From the NCBI GenBank assembly GCA_965112155.1, contig OZ218098.1: a stretch of DNA of 64,000 nucleotides; one strand, given 5' to 3'. A program made the position numbers and the translations under genes. Shown here piece by piece: positions 23,739 through 33,938 of the stretch; the stretch's first letter is position 1; every line of letters starts with the position of its first letter. The notes beneath the pieces were generated by a model, which was not told where the DNA came from, did not search any database, and saw only the letters and a program-made list of their open reading frames with translations. Source of the stretch: Podarcis liolepis (Eukaryota).

Positions 23739-25444
23739 TCATGTCCCTACCTCCACCTCCACCACCTCCGCCACTGTGCTAAAACTGACACCCTCTTGAA
23801 TAATGAACATGTCACTGGCGGAGCCCTGCTCCTGCACAATGATGCATTCTTTCTCCGTGTCCGAGACAGCAATCTCAATGACGTTCTTGTGCTTGGCAGA
23901 GCTCTGTGGTGCGGTAACATAGTGCCCATCATTGGTGATAAGGAGCTCTGTGTGGTTTCCAGGCCCTGCCGTGTCCACAGAGTGCACTACCAGCACAGGT
24001 GGCTGCTCTGAAGCTGGCAGCTCCTGGGGGGCTTTTGTGTCCCTTTTGGATGGATCCCCATCTAGGTTTCCTTTGTGCTCAAGCTGGTGACGTCGCAGGC
24101 TCTGGGGGAGGGCGTAGCCCATGCCACAAATTTGGCACTGGTGCGGCTTGTCAGCGTGGTGGGCTTTCTGGTGGCGTCGCAATTTTGTGGCCAGAGGATA
24201 GGATTTAGGGCACAGATGGCAGCGGAAAGGGCGCTCGCCTGTGTGCAAACGTTCGTGAGCCCGTAACGTGTGGGGATCACGCAGTGCTTTCCCACACACT
24301 GTGCACAGGTGAGCCTCACCTGTGTGGGAGATCAGGTGACGGCGCAGCTCAGGGCGCTGTGGGAAGGCATCTCCACAGAAGTGGCAGCGGTAAGGGCGCT
24401 CCCCTGTATGCAACCGAAGGTGCCCACGGAGATTGCCCTGCTGGCGGAAAGACTTGGGGCAGTAGGGGCAGGTATATGGGCGTTCCCCTGTGTGCAGCCG
24501 CATATGGTTGCGCAACGACCCAGGGTTGGCCAGCTGCCGCTCACATATCACACACTGGCAGGCGGCAGCAGCAGCAGATGGCCTTGGCTCCTTAACCTGG
24601 TGGGTTTTGCGATGGATCCGAAGAGAGGGCCGGCGGGCAAAGGATTTCCCACAGTCAGGGCATACAAAAGGGCGCTGGCCCGTGTGCAGCACCTGGTGTT
24701 CTTGAAGGTCCCGTTTGGTGCCGTAACTCTTGTGGCACTGTGGGCAGGGGAATGGCCGCACCCCTCGGTGGCCCAGTGTGTGCGCTTTAAAGCTTTCTTC
24801 CGAGCTATAGCTCTTGCCACACTCTGTGCACAGGAACGGTTTGTGATCAGTGTGCACAAAGTGGTGCTTCTTCAGGTGGCAAAGCTGCAGGAAGGCTTTC
24901 CCACACTCTTCGCACCGGTATCGTCGCTCGTGGTCTGCCTCCTTGAGCTGTGGAGCACCACCCATGTTGCTTGGAGACACTTCCTCCTGCTTGGGATTTT
25001 CACTCTGCTCCTCCGCCCTGTCCCTGGGTGTAGACATGGCACATCCACTGGGGGCTCCTTCTGCACAAGATTGGCCCCTCAACACCTCCACCTTCTCAGC
25101 CAAGTGAGCCCTGGGTTGAATTGCACTGGATGGGGGCGGCCGTGAACAAATGTCAGTTGGTTTTACCTTGGATAGTGTCTCATTCACTTGCTCTGTTTGT
25201 GGATGCAGCACACCATCCTCTTTACTTCCACCCTCCTCAGCCACAGAGCAGCTCACAACGGGCTGCTTCTCTCCATGCTGCTCCTTGAAGTCCCTGAGCT
25301 CAAGTTGCAGGAACCCATCTTCATTCCTTTTCTTGTGATCATTTTCCAGGCCAGGAGGTTGCTTGACTGGCAGCTTCTTATCCAGCAAAGGAAGACAATG
25401 GGCTCTGGCTTTCTGCTCCACAACCTTGGGGATATCAAGAGCAC
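23739..25444 (-). CDS. ZNF408: ZNF408 last exon, 10 C2H2 zinc fingers
   Basis: ttgcag|GT acceptor in frame with the 560-aa ORF; fingers from [23 protein letters not shown] to [23 protein letters not shown]; C-terminal [10 protein letters not shown]; syntenic position. Confidence 0.96.
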
Positions 25445-26198
25445 CTGCAATTTGAACCAGTAACCATTAGCTCCCTTAACAAAGAAAACAAAGTAATTAT
25501 TGACACTTCAAGGTGAGACTTCTGTTTCTATGCACTGCTCTACTCCCCACCCACTGCCTCAATCATGCTGAACAGAGATCTTTTGCTGAGCACAGAGGCT
25601 CAAGAAGTCCCACTAGTTATCAAAGCAGTGCTTCTGAGAATTGAAACATAGCTGGGTTTAGCTAGGGAACTCTGCTTGAATTTAAATATCCTAAAAGTTT
25701 AGACTTTGGGGAGGAATATTTTAGTATATTCTGTAAGGCTCACTTTGGAAACACAGCTTCCTTAATCTTTTTGACGCAAATTGGATTTCTCTGAAGTGCT
25801 TTACTACATAACTTAGAATGAGGTTACAGAAATGTGTAGAAACAGCAAATTTCAACACTCTTATCATTTGTAATCTTTGCTGTTTTCTTTAGAAAGCAAG
25901 AATTGCAAACTAAAACAGCTTATCCACACAGTCACAATACCAGGGACTTGTGTTTCTCCCTTATTTACAACAAGCAGAGTTACCTTGAGCAGTTTAATTC
26001 ACCTAAGAAAATTCTTAAGGAAAAGACATGGATATAGAATGTCACAGGAAAATGAAGTTCTGTGTGTGAGAAAACCAAGAGAGAGTAAGGAGCTTGACTG
26101 ATTCCAGCATTATGGACAGGAGTTGCCCACATTATTAGTGGGTGCCCATTATTGTTAAAATGGTATAAAACTAACATAAGCTTCTAGCGCAGACATAC

Positions 26199-26285
26199 CC
26201 TCAGATATTTGATCAAATGTACTCTGGCATGATAAACATTCTGATTCACCATGTGCACTTCTCAAAGAAATCGCCTCCTCCAGCA
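26199..26285 (-). CDS. ZNF408: Candidate additional ZNF408 exon (87 nt, phase 1-1)
   Basis: tttattgcag|TGCTGGAG...GAGG|gtatgt; open in the required frame (VLEEAISLRSAHGESECLSCQSTFDQISE). Confidence 0.55.
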
Positions 26286-26868
26286 CTGCAATAAAATAGC
26301 AAAGCACTGTTTGCAAGGGTGGGGCTGGCCAGTGCTGTTGAGCAAAATAAAGGTCACTGGCTAGAGGAGTGGACATTGGCCTGAGTTCCACTTCTGCCTG
26401 GCTGTAAGCTGATTGAATTGTCCTGGGCAAGAATATGCTTCCACACTTGGTTCCCAATCAGCACTGCTGAAATATTCCTTATTCACAGCAAGAGAGTGTA
26501 TACATTCTGAACAAGTTGCCTCCCACAGTATCATTTGAAGGAAAACAGGAACCCCTAACTTTCAAGTTAAAATATTATTATCAGTCTGAGTTTGTTCACA
26601 GACAGATGACAATTTAGGTCTGTGAAAATCAAATAATGTACTATAAACTCTTTTTGTGAAAGGAAGGACAAAACACAGGGTGCTTCAACTACAGCTGCCT
26701 GCGTGTGCAGTTTGGCAGTGGAGTTCTTTACTTAAGGAACATGCTTTCTATTACCAAGTATGTTAGGTCAATTTTTTAAAGAATAAAAACCCTTCCTGTC
26801 TCTGATGCTGCTTAAATCACCTGTGACAACCCTTTCTGACTAAGTTGCTAGGAATTCAGGTACAGTAC

Positions 26869-27170
26869 CTGCAAAGGAATCTATTGCATCGCCATCTAGG
26901 GAAGTATCTCCTTTCTGTGTCAAAGTCTCTGCTTCCACATTGGTGGTCTTAGCTAGCTGCTCCTCTACCGTTTTCCTCTCTGTGACAAAAACCCCATCCG
27001 ATATATTTGCTGGTGCATTCTTTTCCAGGCAAGCAGGACTAGCCTCTGCTATCCAGTACAGCAGTTCACTGCCAGCAGCAATGGGACAGCATACTCGGAT
27101 GTGGAGCTCCGCATTGATCCATACTAATGCCACATTTGCCTCATCTTTATCCTGGCTTTGCTTCACCAAG
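26869..27170 (-). CDS. ZNF408: ZNF408 exon 4 (PR/SET-like C-terminal part)
   Basis: tttacag|C...G|gtactg; LVKQSQDKDEANVALVWINAELHIRVCCPIAAGSELLYW resembles the PR/SET ELLxWY motif; 302 nt. Confidence 0.85.
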
Positions 27171-30102
27171 CTGTAAAACACATGCCAAGCATCAGTATCC
27201 AATATGGGCTTTATCCGAAGCACAGGGGCATGACAAGGCTCTAGACAGGCAGTGCAGGTGGGTGTTATGCGAGACTTAAGGGGGCCTCAGTCAGGTCTAT
27301 CAACTACGATGTCTATAGATCCTGATGGTATTTTTGAGCAGACTCCTAGGAAAAGTCAATTCAGAATACTTTTTCTGAAGTTACCTTTTGTTGAGACAGA
27401 TTTTTTTAGTCCATCTAACTCAGGATTGCTCACATACACTGACTGGTAGTAGTTCTCCAGAGTTTTAGGCAGGGATCCTCCTTGGAGGTGCGGTGATTGA
27501 ACCTTTAAACTTTCCTGAAAGCAGTTTATGAAACCATACAGGTACCAAAACACCTAGTTCAAACAAAATGGATTCTTGATAGTGGCCATGCAAGAGTACT
27601 GATTAAGGGTACAAAAGACTTGTGGCTGCTTCAACGTTTGTTATATTTAAAGTCACATATAGGACGTTTCATCAGCACAAAATTGCTGGCTCATGACCGA
27701 TTGGTTAAATTGCCCTCTCTGAAGGCTAAATGAATATATTTAGCTTTACCATCCTATTTTTTAGGGAGATGAATAATTATTTAAGAGATCTTTGTTAAAC
27801 TGGATAGAAATTTATTGCTAGCTGCAAAATATTGAGTTGTATTCAATTAAGTCCAGGCAGAATAGAGCCAATGAAATTAATGAGCCCAAGTGAGTCAAGT
27901 CCATTAATGTAAACAGGTCTACTCAAAATAGGACTAGCACCGAATATCACTTACTGATTTCATTTATGTTTTTAAGGGTGGAATTCATCATAGAGATATT
28001 ATAATCCTATCAGCAAAGGGATTTCAGTTGCTGGACGGAACAATCTCCCCTCTCCTTCCCCTGAACACTCTTCTGGGGATTCTGGCATGAGAATTTGGCA
28101 TGAGAGAAGGGAGGAAGTTCCAGTGCACTGGCTCTTATTAGAACACCTGCTTAGTTGAATATGTCCCCATTTTTCTTCTCAATTTTTATGAATTTAAGTT
28201 TTTTTTCTATGTAAATGGAGTTCATTTTTTAAAAAGCTGTAATCCACTTAGTTTCCTTTCCAGAGGAAAACATGGAATGCATGTATCATAATTATTGATA
28301 AGCGGCAACTTAGATGGATTAACATAGAGGTTTTTTGACAATACAGCCTAAGAGACCAATAAGCCTGACATTTCAACTCGCCCAAGAATTCTCTAAGGAA
28401 AACTTGACCATCCTTCAGGGAGGGTTCATGTTTCTGATTCTGCTCCAAGAAAACACAAAGCATATACTTGTTTATTTTGCATAAATGTATTACATTTGTA
28501 ATATTTCTTTGCCAATATTTTAAAGGAAGTTGAACAGGATGGGAAGAAAAGTGAGATCCTGGGTGTGGGCAGGGAGTACCAGTGAGGAAGAGAAAAAAGG
28601 AAACCACAAAAGGAACTGAAACTTACAGTGCAGTCTATGTATCAGGAGTAGCCAACATTGCACTTGGTAGGTGCTGCTGGACTCTAATGCCTACCATCCC
28701 TGATCTGGGGGGAGTTGCAGTCCAATTTTGGGAGGGATTATTCCTTTGCTTTTAGATCAGGGGTGGGGAACCTCCAGGCTGAAGACTAGATTTTGACTGC
28801 CAAGGGTTCCAGTTTGGCCCAGAAGGCAGTTCTCCCCAAATTACACCCACCTGCCCCATGACATCATATGTGGGGCAGGTAGAGACACAGACACCAATGC
28901 ACATTGGGAGCCTTAAAGTGCATTCCTGACTGTGCATTGGTTAGGGAAAGCAGGCTTCAGCTCTACTGCCCAGATAGGTGAGAGCCAATGCTTCCCCTAG
29001 AGTTCCCTGCAAGGAACTTGTTCATGCAGCTGATGCCTGCAAAAAGTAGGATTCAGCTCTCCTGCCCATCAGCTGACTGGTGGAAGAATGGAAGCCTGCT
29101 TGTTGCAGGAATCAGCTGCCTGCTGCATTGCCGTGGGGGGCTTATAGAGCTGCTTGCAAGCCCCGCACAGCAATCCAATTTCTGCTTTCCTGCCTATCAG
29201 AACCACATTACAGCTTCTGTGACACAAGATAACCCAAGGAGAAAGGACAGTGACTCTGCTGAGTTTCTTCCTCATTCTGTTGGTTGACCTGCCTGCCTAC
29301 CCCGTAGCTGATTTCCTTCAACATTAGGGAAAAGTTGCAAGATGAGAAGAGAGACAGCAGAGGAGCTGCTCAGCTCCTAGGGGTGACAGAGGAAAAGAGC
29401 AGAGCTAGTTGCTATTAAACAGGCCAGTTTCTACATCTGCAGCAAAAACATTTATTGATCACACATTTATCACCCATTCTTCAGTGGCTAACATACCAGA
29501 ACCTATATATCCACAATATCACTAGTTACTTTTGGATTTACAGAGGCATACAGTCACCTGTATTCCAGGATCATATCTGATTTTGGCTCACTTGACTACA
29601 AGTTGGTCCCAGCCGTGGAGCAAAATTTATCATCTCATTGCTCTGTTATATGTCTGGACTGATTTATGAGATGTGGGAGAATAAAGTCCTTCACATCATC
29701 ATATGCTGAAAATTCATCTGGCTGCTTGAAGAAACCATCAAGTGATCATTGCACTACAGTTTGTGATAACAAACATTGAGCTTGTGGTGCAGCCACAAGC
29801 TTTTCAACAGAAATGGTCCCATGCTGGTTGCCGGAAAAATGTTAAGTGCTGTTGGTGAGATAAATACTAAAGTCTGATTCTCACAACTTACATAATTTTC
29901 AGCCTGACTCAAGCAGGATTGATAGTAAAACATCTATGTGGTTTACACACAAGTTAAAAAACAGTTTGCGTGAATTGACCCTAACTTGTTCATTATGGTT
30001 TGAATGATCGTAGCCAACAAACCACTTCATTAGATGTATGAAGTTTGCTGAGAAAGTTGTAAAGCAGAACACAAGTTACCCACATAGTTTTGCTGTTCTC
30101 AC

Positions 30103-30164
30103 CTTTTCCAGCTTGCTATCCTGTTGCAAGCAGAAGCCTCTTTCCAGCAAGCTGGTGGAAGTTC
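30103..30164 (-). CDS. ZNF408: ZNF408 exon 3 (ELPPACWKEASACNRIASWK)
   Basis: tttcag|...AG|gtgaga; 62 nt, phase 0 to 2, bridges exons 2 and 4 in frame. Confidence 0.85.
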
Positions 30165-30861
30165 CTGAAACGTGAGAGTAAGGGGAGTCCCAGTTAGAGA
30201 GGTATTGTAATTCCCACAGGCAGATCTTAAGCCCAGAACTAATGGGCTAGCTGTCCTTTTCACCTGAGGGTCAATTCAACAATCAAGCTGGCATATTAAG
30301 AATGAGTGTGGTGGCCTATGCCCTCAGGGCCAACATACATATAATGTAGGCAATATGCTGTGAGGTCTTCCAATGTCTTTTTATTTACTTGAGAGCAGCT
30401 AGCTATGCACTCTCATCTGGATCACAGCCTTCACACTGTTTCCTCTGTTGAAATTAACATCCTAAGTTTAAATGCACAGCTCACATCCTCTAGCAGCTGT
30501 GCCTTCAGTACTGTGGGCCCAATTTTATGGAACTCCCTTCTGTTTGAGGTCAGACAATCTTCCTCCCTGTTGAACATTGGGTGCCTACTGAGGAGTTTTT
30601 ATTCTGGCAGACATTTAAATGAAATTGACTGATTTATGGTTTCAACTGATTTTTATCTTTATTGTATTACACTATTGTACTTTATTTAAGAGACTACCGT
30701 AATTAAGCAATACATAAATTGTCAAAATAAAAATAAATGAATGAGCTGTTGTTTGCCCTCCAGGAGGTGGGGAGGAAGTCAGGTAATGTCATGGGCCCCT
30801 CGGTCCTATCAGGATTGGGCACCTGGAGGTGGAGGGTGTGGGTCGTCTCCATGCAACTTTA

Positions 30862-31180
30862 CAGTGGTGCCTCGCAAGACGAAAATAATCTGTTCCGCAA
30901 GTCTCTTCATCTAGTGGTTTTTTCGTCTTGCGAAGCAACCCTATTAGCGGCTTAGCGCTATTAGCGGTTTAGCGGCTTAGCGGCTAAAAGTCTATTAGCG
31001 GCTTAGCGGCTTAGAAAAAGGGGGGGGAGCGAAAAAAAATCGGAACACGCGCAAGACGTTTTCGTCTTGCGAAGCAAGCCCATAGGGAAATTCGTCTTGC
31101 GAAGCAGCTCAAAAACGGAAAACCCTTTTGTCTAGCGGGTTTTCCGTCTTGCGAGGCATTCGTCTTGTGGGGCACCACTG
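30862..31180. mobile_element. Tigger/pogo-type MITE with internal TTAGCGGC tandem repeat
   Basis: TIR CAGTGGTGCCTCGCAAGACGAA / TTCGTCTTGTGGGGCACCACTG; TA TSD; multiple internal TTCGTCTTGCGA sites. Confidence 0.88.
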
Positions 31181-31511
31181 TATATGTCAGAAAAGGGGAA
31201 ACAAAGCTACATCCTCTTAGCTCTTGCCAACTCTCCTCTTGAGAGGTGCAGATAATCATTAGGGAGGGAGGACGACTCTGACTAGCCAGTGGGAGGAGCT
31301 GAGCAAGAGCAGCTCGAGGGACAGGGGCAGGACAGTCTTGTGGCCACTTTTGTAGGTGGGATCAGCTGCATCTGCCCCAGAGAAGCACACGTGTGCACGC
31401 GCAGCTGGCTAGTGAGGCAAGACAGTCTCGTGAGTGAACATACTCCACCTAGTCTTTTTAAAACTTGGTGGGAGGGGTGTGACAACCATTGGGACATTTT
31501 CTAGCATCATT

Positions 31512-31657
31512 CATAGAATCAAGAATTGTAGAGCTAGAAGGGAACTCGAGGGCCATCTGGTCCACCTCTCTGCAATGCAGGAATCTTTTGTCCAGTGTGG
31601 GGCTCGAACCCACAACCCTGAGATTAAGAGTCTCATGCTCTACCAACTCAGTTATTC
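31512..31657 (-). mobile_element. tRNA-Lys(CTT)-derived SINE with CR1 tail (POM/Squam1-like)
   Basis: Minus strand ...gagttggtagagcatgagactcttaatctcagggttgtgggttcgagccccac followed by a CR1-type tail ending gattctatg. Confidence 0.85.
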
Positions 31658-33297
31658 AGTTCTAAATCACTTATCTTGCTCTTGTAACTTGAACTCTTTA
31701 CGACTGAACCTGTGCTTGCTGCTAGCCTGAGTAAAGATCGCTTCCTTACTATGAAGTAAGCACTGTGTGATTTCAATCATGGAAATAAGGGGAAAGAGTT
31801 AATCATCTTCCCTAAGCACTGCTTCACCATCCCATTATCCTCCCTCTGCAGTATGTTTTTTAAGCTATTAAAAAAATAATCCCAAGATACAGTGATTGCT
31901 ACTATATCACATACAGTTCAGCCATCAGATCTACAGTAACAATTATTGGTAACTACTGTAATTCAACACATGTTCAACTGAGTTGTCAGAAATGGGATGA
32001 GCTTAGATTATTATTTGTAATACTACTACTACTTGTAAAGTCACTTTGGGGAAATATAGCCAGGTGGTGAACTGTTTGCCTATAGAGCTTCAGCAGCTAC
32101 AAACTATCCCCCCATTTTCATTCAGTTGTAGTAAATACTTGCCTCGCTAGATGGCCTGATACTACAGATGACCAACTCTCCCTACACAGTTGCGGTCACT
32201 CTGCAGTGACCTTTTAAGCAGCTGGGGGTAGTGCGCAGTAGTGGCTAGACTATGTAGGAGACCAAATGTTAAAACTGCTCAGATAATAGAGGAGTAAGTG
32301 GCCTTGAGCAACAATAACTTTCAGTGCCCCTTCACAGAATTGTTGAGTGGATAAAAATGTGTCTGACTGTAAGTTGTCTTGAGTACTTACTAGTAAAGTG
32401 GAATATAAACTAAGCAGACATCATGCCACATTCAGTCAGTTTCAACCCATGCAAGGAGCAGGGATATGCCAAGTGAGGGCTGAGTTGTGTGCATGATGGA
32501 GCAGATACATGAATGCTTCATGAAGAAGGGAGAGAGAAACTTCACCTTTGAAGCACATTCTCAATGGGACAACTAAGTAACATGAAGTGACTACAGTTCA
32601 GACTTCTATAGACAGAAAGAGGAAACTGTGGCACCAGAGCTAGATGTGTGTGCAGTTACCTTATAACATGAAAAACCTTGCTAGTTTGGACAAAAGGTCC
32701 CTCTAGCTCAGCATTCTAACAAGTCTGATATGAGGGCAATAGCCCACTCTGTGATGGTATTCAGTGGCATTCGGAAGCCGAAACACTGTGGCTAATAACC
32801 ATTGGTATTTATTCCCCATGAACTTTTTAAATCATCTTTTAATGTCATCTAAGCTAGTGGTCACCATATAGTGTGACAATGAATTCTGCATATTAATTAT
32901 GTAAGTACAGTACTTCCTTTTCTATCCCGTTTTGTTAGCTTACTGGGAAGCTCTAGCATCATGAGAGAGGGGGAAATGCCTTCTATCCCCTTTCTCCCAC
33001 CCATGCGCAGGTGTCAAGGATACCAGAAACCAATAAAAACTATTTTTTTGGCCACCCAAAAGTGACTAGATAACACTAAGACCAGGACAGCTGCACTTTG
33101 AAGAGAGAAATTGGGCAAGCAAGCTGCTTTCTTAACTGGTGGATAGAACAAGCTGCGCCTGCCAGAATCCCTTCTCCCGGCAACCGAGAAGGGTCGGGCG
33201 TCTAGATGTGGTTGGCCGGGCAGGGGGTCGCGAGAGGGCGCCCCCACCGGCCTGAGGGCTCTGACTGGAGGCCCAAACTTGCCCGCCCATCGCTCAC

Positions 33298-33500
33298 CGC
33301 CGGGCAGGCGCCCGCCTCCTGCTCCTCTTCCTCCGGACCAAGCAGGAGCAGCAGCGCCCCCGGCTGCAAGGGGCTCCCCACACACCACACACCAAGGCCC
33401 CTCTCGGCGGACAGGGAAGGGCCCAGGGCTAAGCCCCGCGGAAGGCTCCACACTGGGCAGCAGGACCAGCCGCCGCCGCCGCGCGCGTCCGGGGGCCGAC
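33298..33500 (-). CDS. ZNF408: ZNF408 exon 2 (PR/SET-like region start)
   Basis: ctttcag|GT...GCG|gtgagc; contains [30 protein letters not shown], recognisable ZNF408 N-terminal motif. Confidence 0.9.
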
Positions 33501-33610
33501 CTGAAAGGGAAGCAGAGACACGAAAGGGACGGTGAGAGCAGTCAAGGACGCGGGGCGGCAAGCGCTCTCCGCTCCCTCCCGTCTCCCGAAAGACACCCGC
33601 TCGCCCTCAC

Positions 33611-33632
33611 TCTGGCCGGGGCTCTGCTCCAT
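33611..33632 (-). CDS. ZNF408: ZNF408 exon 1 coding part (MEQSPGQ)
   Basis: gttATGG Kozak context; 22 nt ending A|gtgagg; phase 1 fits the next exon. Confidence 0.7.
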
Positions 33633-33789
33633 AACGGCTCCTGGGCGGAACGTTCCGCGCAGCGCGCCGTGTTTGCGCCCGGACGGCTTTTCCCTTTCTC
33701 TCGCCGGCCTTTCCCCGAGGAGGCGGGAGCGTGTTGCCACGGAGACTCGTCCTTTTTCCGGTTCGGAGGCGGATGTTTGTGAAAGGGGG

Positions 33790-33938
33790 GTTTGACAGGC
33801 GGGAGTGGCGGCTGCTGGCGAGCGGAGGAGCGCTCAGGGAGCGCGCAGCGCAGGAACTCCGTACTGGGCGCGCGTCGTCGGCGTCGGGGCTGCATCTCTT
33901 CCCTTCCCCCCACCGTGCACACCTTCATGAGATAAACA
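33790..33938 (+). other. ARHGAP1: Putative ARHGAP1 non-coding exon 1 (5' boundary approximate)
   Basis: Donor AACA|gtgagt at 33938/33939 inside the CpG island; next acceptor ttttag| at 41206 precedes the ATG. Confidence 0.55.

Noticed and set aside
24270-25145. 291-aa plus-strand ORF
   Set aside because: Antisense shadow of the ZNF408 zinc-finger exon.
25984-26002. 19-nt AG...GT mini-exon in the last ZNF408 intron
   Set aside because: Would shift the frame, with or without the 87-nt candidate exon.
28382-28439. Exon-like segment (NQKHEPSLKDGQ...) in ZNF408 intron 3
   Set aside because: No GT donor in a compatible phase; the GC donor gives 58 nt, which is frameshifting.
31585-31657. tRNA-Lys(CTT) gene
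   Set aside because: The acceptor stem is degenerate and the sequence runs into a CR1-type tail, so it is a SINE head.
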